DNA of 64,000 nucleotides, from assembly GCA_040437565.1 (NCBI GenBank), contig JBDOQK010000002.1, positions 868,001 through 932,000 on the forward strand. The letters are read 5' to 3'. A model generated the notes under the pieces. It ran no database searches. It was not told where the DNA came from and worked only from the letters and a program-made list of their open reading frames with translations. Below are positions 1-12,700 of the stretch, piece after piece (the first letter of the stretch is position 1; each line of letters starts with the position of its first letter). The position numbers were made by a program, and so were the translations under genes. The stretch comes from Albugo candida. Lineage: Eukaryota.

Positions 1-170
1 GAGGCTGATCATAGGATCTGAGCGATTTTTTTGGTAGAAGCGGTGACCGAATTAATGTACCTCCTCGATATATGTCTTTTTAAGCGTTCGGACTATCGTA
101 GAAGCACTTGTTTATGATTTTATCTGTAATAAATAGCATATGGCATAGCTGTGATCTTGACCGGACGATG

Positions 171-1105
171 TCAATGAACTTTGTTCTTCACATAGAATGT
201 CAATAATGCGAGGCAGATCTACGATAACAACAGAAGCACATTAGACTATGCAATGATCTTGCAAAGTTGCAATCACTAACAAAAACGAATACGCCAATTG
301 ATATTGTCATTTTCATATTTTGTATCCACAGGTGTCGTCGAAGGCTCTTGCTAGATTCTGCAAAAGCTGCGGACTGCGAACTGTAAAGCGATTTCATCAA
401 TTTTTACCGGGCCATTCAAGTAAAAGCGGCTCTGAAAGACACAGACCTGAGTTGATCCGATTTGTCCACCAGCAGCTCAATTTTGTCCCCTCTATCCAGC
501 ACTTTTTCTACAAGCAGGTTGAAGATTCGCAGAAGAATAAGCAGCATTCTTCTCACGCAAATTTTGGTGCATATTGTCTTTGACTTTTTCCATATCGGCC
601 TGCAAAGCACGCAATTTATCTTGTCCTCCATCAGTCGAAAAGATTTTCTGTTGAGCAGAGTAAAAGAAGAAGATCTCAAAAATAAAGCAACCATTCTTCA
701 TACCATTTGATTTTCTAAAGTAGGTGCGAAATCCCGATTCATATCCAGTGCAAGCTTTGTAGCTTTGCCTCTTATCCCAAATTCATTTTCGAAAAGTTGA
801 TTGATGTATTTAAGGAAAAGTGCAGCTGATCTAAGAAAGAGAGATGACAACATGGACACAGGTACTTTTTGAAAAAATTACTGCTTTCCAAAAGTTCGAG
901 TTGTCACGCAGATGTACACGACTTCGTCGCACACGCGATAGCTGTATGTTTTGGTCTCGTACTCAACAGACTCGGTAGAGTTACTATTAAACTCAAGCTT
1001 CTTGACTAGTTTGTGTGCTATATCGCTCATCTTTTTATCGCCATTCGTATTGTGTTCTGCCAAAGAGCAGCTTTTGTTAGCAATAAGACAGTAGAGTATT
1101 GTCAT
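171..1105 (-). CDS. Longin-domain R-SNARE (VAMP7/VAMP71-72-like synaptobrevin), multi-exon
   Basis: N-terminal longin start MTILYCLIANK...YSYRVCDEVVYICVT; R-SNARE coil VKDNMHQNL/VEKVLDRGDKIELLVDKSDQL...FAESSKSLRRHLW; C-terminal hydrophobic tail (MTISIGVFVF + ICLALLTFYVKNKVH*). Exons joined by eye across GT-AG introns. Confidence 0.88.
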
Positions 1106-1828
1106 CGGCTTTTCGACTGGAATAGTGTGATGAACTTCCTTAAGTACGGTATAAGACATATTGTATAATACTGGAAGCGACAATACCAAGTTTAATAAAT
1201 ACTCGACACGGGTTAGACTTAGGATTCTCTCAAATGTATGAAGCTCATCACGATGATTTGTATGTCATGCACTATCCTTGTGGCAATTAAGACGACTTTC
1301 TAGATTGGAGATTAAAGATTAAAGATGGCAGATCTAACCCAAATCTTGCAATTCTAGATGTGTCAATGCGCAAGAAATGATTCGACAGTCAATCAGTATC
1401 TCAACTTGTAGTCTGCTATAATGAAATCATTTAATGATGATAAAAATACTGTTCCAGGAATCTAGTCTCAAAATCACAGTTACGTCGCTTTCATCTATGT
1501 ATCTTTATTCAATGACCTCGCTCAATTGGTCGCAAGTAACTTAAGGGAGATAATAAAAAAATTATCTCCTAATCCAGCACACTTCCTTGCAAGAGCAACT
1601 GCCACAGAACTACCTTTCTGACAAAAGAAGCAGGTTGAGCGAAAGCAGCTCAATGTAGTCGTTTATTCCGATCATTTATCACGGACGGTATGAAAGTTCA
1701 AGGTCTGTACATTCGTAAAACATTGCTGGCCACCACACCTCTGCGACATTTCCCACCACCTTCATGCGACCATTGTGCTCTGCTTTTGCGCTTCTGCCAA
1801 AAAGCGTCACAGCCATTTTCATATCGCA

Positions 1829-4006
1829 ATGAGCTTTGTGCAAGTCAATGTTGGATCCGGAGGCAACACAATCCTTGAGAAATACACTTTAGGTGACGTA
1901 CTCATGTGCAAATCCCACCGCGGAAAACTGCAGGAGATAATGTTTCTCTTGGAACAAGTGCATTCCGATATAAATTATCGCAATCAGGCAAGTCAATAGC
2001 CTTACGTACTGAGGGTTACTTATAAAAGGTCAACAAATAGAATGGATGCACAGCTTTGCATGGAGCCGCTGCTTCTGGGCAATTAGAAGTGGTACAATGG
2101 ATGCTCCAATTCCCTGGTATTGATCCAGCAGCTGTCGATGACGTAAGTTGACAAGGAGCCGAAAGCAGAATTTCACGCTTCAATAATAGGATCAACAAAC
2201 ACCCCTGCATTATGCAGCCTTTTACGGTCATTTAGAAGTCGTACAAGCTCTTGTGGAACACGGAGTTCCTTTAGACATACCTGATAAATTTGGAAGATTA
2301 GCTCATTGCTCAGCGGCTCTAAATGGGCATTTGGATGTGGTGCGATACTTATTGGAAGAATGCGAAAGCCCAATTGACATGAATGCGATCGATGAGGTTT
2401 GAGAGTTGGTTGAGGCTGGAGAACGGAGATTTGAGTCATATCATAATAGTATGGAGGAACTTGTTTGCATTGGGCAGCGTCTAGAGGACGCAAGGAAGTC
2501 GTACAATATCTCTGCACACACGGAATTGATGTGCACATAACGAGCTATGTGAGTCGAGTCAAATACTATTTCAAATCCAGTCGATCATACATAACCTGGG
2601 TTGTAGGATAATAAAACAGCTTATCAGTTGGCGAAAGACAAACACAAACAGAAATGTGTCCATTTTCTAAAAAGTTGGTACGAAATGTCGCAGGTATATC
2701 GATCTGAATGGACGAAAGGCTCCAAACTTACATCGCTAAATGAATCACAGAAATTTGTCCATGCAGCGGAAACTGGTGATATTGACGAGCTTTCTCGAAT
2801 GATTGTCGAAATAAACGATTCGTACTCCATTCGATGCTTACGCGATAAAGTATGTATCTCCGGAAGCCTTTTCTTACCATGATTTTAATTATAGCTGTCG
2901 TGCAGAATGGAAAAAATGCAATTCATTGGGCAGCAGAATCGGGTCACTTATTTGCATTGAAACTTCTATGTGACCATAGCTCAGTATGGACCGACGCAGA
3001 CAAGGTGAAATTGCTACTTTGTAGTCTACACCTACATACTTATAGAAGGCACTCGACGCAGTTCGGCCACAACGCGCTTCATTGTGCAGCTCTTGGTGGC
3101 AATAAAGAGTGTGCTTTTTGGCTAATTCGTAAATCGCTCAAGGCATCAGAGCTTCTCACATCAACCCTTGTACGATCATGAACGATTGTAATTGAATCAC
3201 TTTTTGATATTGGCTTACAGACGAACAAAAGTCCGTCAAGGTGTGCTTTCGAAGCAGGTCATACTGGTCTTGCGGCTAAACTCCAGGTTGGTCTATTGCA
3301 GGTGTCATTATAAAAATGCAATAAATTTTACACTTCAACGCGCAGGCGTGGGAGGAAGGGAATGACGAGTACACAAACAGCGACGTAGATAGTATTCCAT
3401 CTTCACATAACAGCTCTCTACAAACGAGCAATGAAGACCCGAGCAACAATGCCAGAGGTAAATCCCTGATATAGGATGACGCGGTGCCATCACTAGCACT
3501 AACACAGTGTCTGGTTAGATATTGACACAGTGCACAATTGGCTCAAGTCGCTCGATATGGATGAGTACACAGCCAACTTCAAGAAGGATGGATTCGATAC
3601 TCTGCGGGGCGTTGCAACTATCGACGAGAATGATTTGATCGACATGCAGGTCAAAAAAGGCCATCGTCGAGTCGTGTTATCGCATATCGAAGAGCTCCGA
3701 AATAAGCTAGCTGTTTCAGATGAGCAGCAAAACCCAAAGCAGAACTCTGATTCGCCGGTACCTCGGACCATCGTACCGCAGCTATCAAACCTATCCCCGC
3801 CGAGCAGTGCGAGTACTTCTACATCCTTGGAAACAAGTAGCCCTATAGTGGTACAGGCTCAGCCAGGGGCATCAGAACCAGAAACTCCCGTAACTGAGCC
3901 GCAGCCAACTTCGAATGTCACAGTTTCACAGTCGGATCAGCCCATTGAGCAACAAGAATCTCAAACGCTTCCCTCAGTTTCAGATAAAATATCGTCAGAG
4001 CAATAG
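1829..4006 (+). CDS. Ankyrin-repeat protein with C-terminal SAM domain, intron-rich
   Basis: Spliced exons give repeated ankyrin cores (GCTALHGAAASGQLEVVQWML, TPLHYAAFYGHLEVVQALVEHG, GGTCLHWAASRGRKEVVQYL, GKNAIHWAAESGHL, GHNALHCAALGGNKEC). The last exon has a SAM signature (VHNWLKSLDMDEYTANFKKDGFD...DLIDMQVKKGHRRVVL) and a Ser/Pro/Gln-rich tail. Confidence 0.85.
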
Positions 4007-4095
4007 ATTGTCCAGTTATCCTCAATCGCTAGCCTATCAAGCGGCAAGGTAGAATAATCAAGAAGTCGAAGTAGTCCAGACCTGGCTCAGTTGTA

Positions 4096-7000
4096 TCACG
4101 CCATTTTGTCCATAGCGAGTCGGATAACCTTGATGAAGTCATCGCGTTGCTGAAGTTCATAAGAATTTTTCTTTTCCAGTATTTGTCCCGAAATTGCATG
4201 CTTGCATTTGTAGTAGATTGTCACCATCAAGGCGTTCTTTTTCAGGCAAGTCATACGAGCTATATGTGCTAAAGAATGACACGATTTGACCTGATAAATG
4301 TCGTCCATATTCCTCTCTGCTTTCAGCACGATAATGTGGTTCTCAAAGACGACCAAGTGGCGAAGAACCATGCTCGTGCGCGCAGCGGTATCTATCGTTG
4401 CTCCATTGATAGTGGGTGAAAGAGGGGATGAAGAGAGCTTCTTTTTGTATCCTGAAAAGAATTGACTATCGAGAAGCGGGATCATTTGTGTTCGAGAAAC
4501 TCGCCAGCCTTTTTCGACTTGTGAGATTTTACCTCGTTCTATTGCGTGCAGGTTGGCTGATACATTTTCGGTACCAAACGATTCGTTTCTGGAACTGATG
4601 GAAGAAGACGCTGAGGACGTACGCGAATCGTTCCCTCCGACAAAAGGATCGCTTGAGTCTTCGTCGTCATCATCTTCGATCGTGAACGTATCTTCTTGAG
4701 CTAATGAAACTGGCTTGTTCAAAGTGCCTACCACGCCGCTCACAGGGGGTTTCTCAATCGATGGCCCTGGAGGTGATTGCAGTGGATTTATGAATGAGAA
4801 AGGCATCTTCATCGTCGGTATTCTCCCAGCAGAATTATTCTGATTCGGCATTTTCAGCAAGTCCGAACCAATTTGAGAAATAGAAGTTTTCCAAGAGCCC
4901 AAACTTGCAATTCCGGGAGGTAGATGCGACTTTGATGGCTTCAAATCAGATTGATCAGACACTTTTTCTTCAGATACTGTCGTCTTGAACCACCCTTTCC
5001 CGTCAAAATGCAAAGGAGCTCTCCCTCCGGATTTGAAAGTATCTGTGATAGTGGAAAAGTATGAGTTGGTTCCAGGCGGCGCATGGGTTTTGATATCGAT
5101 TTTACTTTGTTCAACGGAGGGTGTTCTTGAAGCGCTATGTGTTGTTTGAGTAAATTGTGCTTTGTTGGTGTTTTCTTTCATTCTCTCCTCACTTTCTATT
5201 GTATTCTTTGACACGATTGTAGAGAGATGACATAATGAACACTGGGTCGCATCGTGATCCACAAGATCAGCAACAGTGAGCTCTTGGGAGTGATAAAGAA
5301 GCGCATGCACTGCAGCATAACCACCTTCAAGGACGCTGACATATGGGAAGCCTTTCTCGGTCAGAAATAAGACAGCTGCATGAAGACGGGTCGCATCGAG
5401 TGCATACTGCTCAAAGAATTCCTCGTCCAAATCAAACGGCAGTACAGATTCTTTGTTTCCATGAGCTGTAAGGCTTAGATGTTTCTCACCACCGTTTTGA
5501 TTGTGCGAAACAATCTCAGCCGCTAAATGGCTATATCCCTGACCCATCACGCAGAAGTGCATCGATTTTTGCACTGGTTGGAGTGTTGCAAGAGTTTCGT
5601 CTAAGTCTTTTTGGTCTGTCACAGCATCGGGGTCGATGAAATAAGCTGTCGGAATGGTACCTTCAAGCCTTTGGGCCCTTGTACGGCAATCAATGATAAA
5701 ATAACGAATGCTTTTACCATGATCGTTTCTATTTGCTTGTAGGGATTGAAAGTTCTTGAATACTTTGGGTATGATCTCTTTGGCTGGTAGACATATAGCT
5801 ACAGAAGCCGATGACGCAACACTCCGTAGTTGACCATGAATTTCTTTAGACCAGCGATTGGAGTCATCTTCTTTCGACAAGAATGACTTGACCGGCATCA
5901 TACCGAGTAACTTGGATGGCACGTCGCTCATCAAATCCTTCATTCCGGTGGCAGACATCGGTAGGAAAGAAAATGGTCTGGTCATCGCGCTCATGCTACC
6001 GGTGGCACGCGGTGACTCTACAGGCTCGGATTTCGTTGTCAACAGAGAATTTGATTCTATGGCATTCAGAAATCTAGCAGTAAAAGGTGCAGGTGTTGTC
6101 TCGACAATATGCTGTACACCAGAACAAAGATCTTGAGATTTGCTGGAGAGGGCTTCTAGCATGTTTTGCGTCATACAATGACGTAGTTGATCTTTTTGCA
6201 TGCAACATAACGTATCTGAGATTGCATCCAAGAGATATACCACGATGAAGCATATCGTAATTGATGGAAACGTTCTTACTTTTGTTCGAATTTGCGATGG
6301 AAAGCCTAGCAGCAAAATACAATCCCAAACCTGCACCAGAGCATCAAGGTCACTGTTTTCCAACTCAAAAAATGAAGTTATCCAGCAGTCTGGGATTGCT
6401 TCACCATCATCCGCCCATTCCCGATAGTGCTGATCCAAATACGATGCAGTCTCCGGATAATGATACAGTAAAAGCCTTTTTAAAAACGACCGCCACAATT
6501 CGGTGGTCGCTTGTTCACTAGGCCGGAAGAATGTCTGACGCATGAGGCATGGAGCGAAACGAGTCGCGACGAATAGTACATCATGCTGCAGCGGGTCTGC
6601 ACCGCTAACCACAAGTAAAGGAGATAGACTCTTGGGCAGGCTTGGCACGTACTTGATCGACAAGTATTTGCACAAAAATGTGATGAATATCTCAGCGGTA
6701 TCGATGAAAAGCAATCGTGCAGAATCAATCGTATCAACACAAGCATCCAGAAGTTGTTCGTGAAGCTTGCTAGTGAATACATTACTGCATATCGACTCAA
6801 CATCTTTTCGCAAATCAGCTTGATTTGGAAGATCTAGCGATGTTGCTTGCACCGATTGGATTGAGAAGACTTCTTTTTTGAGATCCAATTCTGAGACAGC
6901 TGCTTTCCACATTTGAAGTCGCTTCTCTTTTGGTGCCATTCCACTCATACTAAACATAAGAACTGCCGAATCTTCATCAGTCACGAGTTGCGGCACATTC

Positions 7001-7542
7001 AAAGAGCTTTTTAGTTTTAAAGATGTATTGCTATGTTCACGATGTGAGGCTTCAGTGTAGTTTGTTGGGACGTCGTCTAAAAATCTATCAAAATCACTAT
7101 CATCGTGAAGTAAGTCGACGCTCCTGTCTAGGTTTTCTCTTCTTGTCACAAAAGGAGATGATTCGTCGACGTCAAGTTCACTTTTTCTTTTTTCACGTAC
7201 GTTGTCATTCACGGAATACTTTTTTGGTAGAGTAGTAATGGTCTCAGCGTTGACAGCTAATTCTACCGGCTTACTTGTGCTAAGAGGAGAAGGAGCTCTA
7301 TGACCGTCATCCAGCCACGATAGAAAATCTGAGTCATTGAGTAACTTGGGATCATTACTTTGGGTTGGTGCAGAATGTAATGATGGATCTGATGCATTGT
7401 CGATTCGATCTTCATGTCGATCAAATTTCAATTCGCTGAAAAACTCATTCTTATCGTCAGTATCTGTGGCTGATGACTGAATAATTTGTAGCGTATCTCC
7501 TCCAAGATCTCCGAAAATCTCATCAAAATCATCAGACGCCAT
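4096..7542 (-). CDS. TBC1D23-like protein (degenerate Rab-GAP TBC domain, rhodanese-like domain, C-terminal PH-like domain)
   Basis: 1148-aa intronless ORF. TBC motifs (RLQMWK; LKRLLLYHYPETASYLD; VQVWDCIL), rhodanese-like motifs (FIIDCR...GTIPTAYFID; FPYVSVLEGGYAA) and a beta-rich C-terminal PH-like segment occur in the same order as in TBC1D23. Confidence 0.8.
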   Translation of the reverse strand: MASDDFDEIFGDLGGDTLQIIQSSATDTDDKNEFFSELKFDRHEDRIDNASDPSLHSAPTQSNDPKLLNDSDFLSWLDDGHRAPSPLSTSKPVELAVNAETITTLPKKYSVNDNVREKRKSELDVDESSPFVTRRENLDRSVDLLHDDSDFDRFLDDVPTNYTEASHREHSNTSLKLKSSLNVPQLVTDEDSAVLMFSMSGMAPKEKRLQMWKAAVSELDLKKEVFSIQSVQATSLDLPNQADLRKDVESICSNVFTSKLHEQLLDACVDTIDSARLLFIDTAEIFITFLCKYLSIKYVPSLPKSLSPLLVVSGADPLQHDVLFVATRFAPCLMRQTFFRPSEQATTELWRSFLKRLLLYHYPETASYLDQHYREWADDGEAIPDCWITSFFELENSDLDALVQVWDCILLLGFPSQIRTKVRTFPSITICFIVVYLLDAISDTLCCMQKDQLRHCMTQNMLEALSSKSQDLCSGVQHIVETTPAPFTARFLNAIESNSLLTTKSEPVESPRATGSMSAMTRPFSFLPMSATGMKDLMSDVPSKLLGMMPVKSFLSKEDDSNRWSKEIHGQLRSVASSASVAICLPAKEIIPKVFKNFQSLQANRNDHGKSIRYFIIDCRTRAQRLEGTIPTAYFIDPDAVTDQKDLDETLATLQPVQKSMHFCVMGQGYSHLAAEIVSHNQNGGEKHLSLTAHGNKESVLPFDLDEEFFEQYALDATRLHAAVLFLTEKGFPYVSVLEGGYAAVHALLYHSQELTVADLVDHDATQCSLCHLSTIVSKNTIESEERMKENTNKAQFTQTTHSASRTPSVEQSKIDIKTHAPPGTNSYFSTITDTFKSGGRAPLHFDGKGWFKTTVSEEKVSDQSDLKPSKSHLPPGIASLGSWKTSISQIGSDLLKMPNQNNSAGRIPTMKMPFSFINPLQSPPGPSIEKPPVSGVVGTLNKPVSLAQEDTFTIEDDDDEDSSDPFVGGNDSRTSSASSSISSRNESFGTENVSANLHAIERGKISQVEKGWRVSRTQMIPLLDSQFFSGYKKKLSSSPLSPTINGATIDTAARTSMVLRHLVVFENHIIVLKAERNMDDIYQVKSCHSLAHIARMTCLKKNALMVTIYYKCKHAISGQILEKKNSYELQQRDDFIKVIRLAMDKMA

Positions 7543-7747
7543 TTTACAATCAAAGAGAAAGCTACACTGAGAAGGCGCGAGATTACAGCAGCGGTTTCTT
7601 CTCAGCTGGACGCCAATACCAACTGGTTAACACTGAAGAGCTAAAAGCAGCTTTTATTCTGCAAAAAGCGCCATTTATTATATATTTTATTGACTTGCCT
7701 AAAAGGCAGATGTATCTTCTAACTATTGAGGTGTCTTGGGCTATAAT

Positions 7748-9140
7748 TCAGGCAGGTGGCAATGCGTTGATCGCTGCTGATAGATGAGTCGCATTGTACC
7801 GAACAACCTCCGCTTGATGTACATAGGAATGATGGATGGCGATGACCCACATTACTATAAGCATAAGTGTCTGCAGGACATTGGCCGACACCACTTCGTT
7901 TAACGGAGGTGTTCTTGCATTGTACACATTATGATAGCCTTCACCTGCCTGGGTGAGTGTATACAAGTGAAGTGAGATGTAAACTTGATCCAATGTTGTC
8001 AAGAGTGCTAGCCAAACTACTCCACGACAATAAAAACGAATTGGTCGGATATCTGTATCATGCACAGCTTTGAACCCAATGCAGCCGATATAGACAGCAA
8101 GTACATGGACGAACAGCTCATAACATTGTACAATCGTGCTTGGTCGAGTTAGTACATCATATTGCGTCTCATAAGAAGATCTATTGCGATCGTTGCGATT
8201 CTGTTGATCATCAGCAATTGCTGCAAATTGCCCCATTGCTTTCATAGAGTATATTATGAGAAAAAACGAGCTCCATAATTTGATTCGACGCGCTGCACTT
8301 CCTAACGGTGAGTCCAGCATCAATGGGTCGACACGTTGCAGCGAATCGGATGGGTACACGGATGGGGATATTGCCTCATTTGCAATGTTTACAAATGTCA
8401 ACGGTGGTACATTATCACGAGGCGATCGTTGATCAGGAAAATGGGATGTACTGACTGTAGCTATGTTTTCCGATGCGGGCTGTACTGATCGCACAAAAAG
8501 ATGGATTGTATGTCCCTGTTCTATCTTGTATGATGCAAGCTGCTGGTCATCTTCCAAAACACGTCCACCATATATAAGACGTTGCGTCTCAACCGTAACT
8601 CCAGACAGCTCCGAGATTTTTTCCTTCAACTTCAAAAGATTCCAACTTAATTGACAATCTATGTTTTGTAACTTGCCATCCAAATGTAAAATCCGGATAG
8701 CGACTCGGCCATCCTCAACGCGCTTGACTTCTAAAATATGTTCTTCCTCTCCTTCCTTTTCTTGCACTTGTTCTTGATGGTCTCGTTCTATTCTCGCTGT
8801 GGATAGCAAATGGATTGCATGTATGGACAGAAAATGTTATACGGAATTACTTTGATGCGAAAACAATGCACCAACCTTCCTGACTGCTATTTTGTTCATT
8901 CTCGACTTCACGCTCGCTGATGATCGTTGTAATATCGGTCGAAAGCTGATCCTCCACCACCATTGACGCCTTTTCTGATTCATTTAGCCCTTCAATCAAG
9001 GCCACGCTTGACGAACTGATAGCTTCGGCAGAGTTTTGTTCATCTTCCTGACCTTCATCCGAGTTTGGTAGAGCAGCATACAGTCGACCACGCCGACATG
9101 CACTAGGATCAGCAGCAGAAATCCCACGAAACGGTCCCAT
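7748..9140 (-). CDS. Ubiquitin-like domain protein with C-terminal multi-pass transmembrane region, 2 exons
   Basis: UBL motif LLKLKEKISELSGVTVETQRLIYGGRVLEDDQQLASYKIEQGHTIHL, then about four hydrophobic segments. Exon 1 (9140-8876) joins through a GT-AG intron at about 8875-8797. Confidence 0.78.
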
Positions 9141-9317
9141 TTTCGTTACTCGCGTTCTCTTTTACATGCAGCCAGCTAGATAAGGGTATATTTTTGTATT
9201 TATAGCCAACAGTACGAGCCAATCTGACATTATTGGATCCATTTAACCCAATCAAAGACAAGTAACGCCTTTGTGATCAAAATCACGCAATTTCAGGCTA
9301 TCCAACGGACTGATTTG

Positions 9318-9776
9318 ATGCTGCCTCCGCAAAAAGCCTCGGGCTTTGGCGCTCAATTCGAAAAACTGAGCAAAGAAGATCGAGATATCGTTCTTGATAG
9401 AATAGAGCGAGAATTGGTAGTCATTTTGCGGGAAAAACCTGTTGTACGACAATCCATCGCTTTTGGCGTCAGAGAGGTGCAAAAATGTATATTAGATCAC
9501 TCTGCTCGAATTGTGATTTTCACCCAGCAACCCGAATCAAGCCTATTTAATCATATCCCTTTATTATGTCGACTTCATTGCATCCCAATTTGTATTTTGC
9601 ACCTTTCTCCCGACAAACTGGGTAAATTGTTTGCAATGAAAAGACTTGCGGTGTTTACAATCAAGGCCAATCATTTGGTGGATGTAAGCACCGATGAGAA
9701 AACACTTGCCGATTATGAACAAAAAGTTGGAAGTGTGGTGAAGTTTTTTTGCGGTAAAGCAAGCAAAAAAATTTGA
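9318..9776 (+). CDS. L7Ae/L30e/S12e/Gadd45 family RNA-binding protein (possibly RPP38/Pop3-like)
   Basis: Family core IAFGVREVQKCI...ARIVIF...LFNHIPLLCRLHCIPICIL...LGKLF. First ATG is at 9318; the ORF track starts at an upstream GTG. Confidence 0.7.
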   Translation: MLPPQKASGFGAQFEKLSKEDRDIVLDRIERELVVILREKPVVRQSIAFGVREVQKCILDHSARIVIFTQQPESSLFNHIPLLCRLHCIPICILHLSPDKLGKLFAMKRLAVFTIKANHLVDVSTDEKTLADYEQKVGSVVKFFCGKASKKI

Positions 9777-12700
9777 ATCATTTCCGTTGTGTGATTATCC
9801 GTTCATGGGGTAAACTGCTTGTGGAATCTCTTTGGTGCATAGAGAGCCTTACGTTCTTAGCCAAAGACATGCTTCCATAAATGTAGCGTTAGCCTCCATG
9901 ATATCCGATACTGCAAACATCTTTGGGAGGAAGTAAAACCAAAATATGCACTTGTACTATACTTATATCAACTGCGAGCGCAATAGAATTGCAACCGAGT
10001 TATGACTGTGTTCGATTCATGCTGGGGAAGCGTTAAAGACCTCTGTCAACGATTTGTCACTTCTCTTTTTTCCAATCAAATGAAGGCACACCTGATACTC
10101 ATGGACACGGAGCCACATTTATCACCTATTTTACCCCACTACAATCCGACTTCTTGTGCCGCCTGCTATTTTATCTTCACTTCTACGTGTATGTCTCCGT
10201 CTCTGTACGTCCATGCCCACACGCACGTCCTCACGTTTGACATTGCTATCTCTTGAGCACACCATATGTGCTTTATCCGCACCATGAATAAAATTANNNN
10301 NNNNNNNNNNNNNNNNNNNNNNNNNNNNNNNNNNNNNNNNNNNNNNNNNNNNNNNNNNNNNNNNNNNNNNNNNNNNNNNNNNNNNNNNNNNNNNNNCATG
10401 GACGTACAGAGACGGAGACATACACGTAGAAGTGAAGATAAAATAGCAGGCGGCACAAGAAGTCGGATTGTGCCGCCTGCTATTTTATCTTCACTTCTAC
10501 GTGTATGTCTCCGTCTCTGTACGTCCATGCCCACACGCACGTCCTCACGTTTGACATTGCTATCTCTTGAGCACACCATATGTGCTTTATCCGCACCATG
10601 AATAAAATTAGTTCGCTCATGCAAGGTTTTAAGCGAGCTGTGTGTGAATGGAAGGAACCAAGTACTTGCTTTACATGTACTGCAAATAATCCACGGTAGA
10701 AGGATAGCAATTGATGCGATACCTGATTAAATATATTCCTATAGCCCGATGCGCGTCGTTTTTGCTTCTAGCAAATCAACTTGAAGATTATGCTAGGAGA
10801 CGTAATACATTTGCGGAGGTCAATGTGGTAATGCACATTTTCTTAAGCATAATCTTTTTGAACAAAGTAACATTCACTATGCCATGCAGCAGGCTTTGAC
10901 GCTGAAACCCGAGCCAATCCGATCGCGTGTTTATGAACAAAGCGGACGTATGAGGGCTTGTGCATTATTGTGCTTGCTGCCGGACAAACCATGCAGTTAA
11001 ACGACGAAATTGAGCGAAGCAAGCGAATGCAAAGAATTGAAATCACGGCTACAGACCAGTCGCTCGTACGGGATGTGAAGAATGTTCTTATCCTCGGCAA
11101 GTATGTCACGGATCATCGAAGAGGCTTCTTCGATGATCTAATCATGCCGAAAGTCATCATAAAATCTTTCAAGATTTGAGGCAGGATGTTCAAGCCGACT
11201 TGATACCGAGCAGACAGCACAGGGAAGTTCAACAGTATGGCACGGTTTCAGGTAAAATGCAGCTTTGTATCTTAAGTAGAAATATGCTCAGCGACCGAAT
11301 ATGAGCCAAGCGTTCGATTGTAGCCTGATGACATTAGCATTCAGTGGACCATTCGATAGTAGAGAGTGAGTAGGTAGTTTGCTTGTCGATGATAGAATTG
11401 GTGATGAATTGATCGTCACCGCAAACGAACATGTTAATATGTTGTTTGTATTAACTTGTGAGCATCCTGCGCGGCAATTTCGAATGCAAAATTTCATATT
11501 TTGGACGCTTTCCAACAAGTTTACCTTTGTCGCAATACTATATGACTGCTCGATCTGTAGAAGACGCATAATTTTCATATCTTATCGATCGATAATCAAA
11601 GTCTAGTAGCCCCAAGCCACCCAAGCCACCGTCAAGTTTCCAGACTTGCAGTCAGTAATAGCGTAGAATATCGTGCCGGTCGTGCCGGTATTGTACGTCT
11701 TTTCCATTTACACTTGTGGCAGCTCTAGGAGTCTCCTCATCAACGTAGAGCAGCATCGCGTTCGAATGTCACGTCTCTGACTAGATTTATGATGGTCCTG
11801 TGCATTTGTATCATCGACAAGATATGGAGCCTTGATCACCTCGATGGAATATAGCATTACTGGTGCGTTTTATGCTAAGAAAAGCGCCACTCAAATCGCA
11901 ACCGGAGGATTTGGGACGCAGATATGGCTGGGTCACAATAACGCTGCGGAGAATGCTAGACTTGCAATCGCTGTGGTAAATGAAATCAATCGTCGGGTAT
12001 CATGCGTATACCATCATAAGGCCGTGTTTATTTCTATACTTTTGCCTTTGCCGAGCACGAAGGAAAGTCCTAAAATTTGCACACGATCCCACTTCTACAA
12101 GCAATTATCTCGAGAGACGTGTACCATACAGGCAAGCATAAGCAGCGTTCGTCAATACAATACCACTCCCATACATCAAAAAATTAAAACGTTTGGAAGA
12201 CCTAGCACTAATCAGCATTGCTCGTACTATAATGTTTTGAAAAGGAGATAGCAACAATGCAAAAAGTCAGGCGTAAGCGAAAGCAAGAGTCCAATGATAC
12301 GGACTCGATGCCGCCGCGAAAAACGCTCATAGTAATAAGAGCAACAATGCAACGCAAAACCATCTCCACTGGCGTTCTGGACTTGAGCATAGCCTGTGCA
12401 ATACCCTAAATGGGTGTGAGGTGCGACAGACATAACATGTGCAGCGCGTATACTTGTTGAGCTATCATCCGGGTAGGTGTAGAAACATTTTACACTAAAA
12501 GAGTATGAAAGGCACATATGGATAGAAAACATGTGGCGCGTGGATTAATAATGAGAACAACTCAGGTAGGCTTTGCGAACTGACGTAGACACGGAAAAAT
12601 TTAATCTCGATCATATAGAACCCATTCTCAAGCTGGTTAAGGAATAGTTGGTACAAGGTGAAATGTATAGCGCGGCTCGAGTGTGTCGCTCAATCGGACT

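Noticed and set aside
1546-1569. 9-bp stem hairpin ggagataat/attatctcc
   Set aside because: Short and AT-rich, expected by chance; terminator logic does not apply in this eukaryotic context.
10141-10610. Direct plus inverted repeat around the gap at 10297-10396
   Set aside because: The contig starts with about 70 bp of exact foldback and then an exact copy of the pre-gap sequence, consistent with a chimeric-read or overlap artefact.
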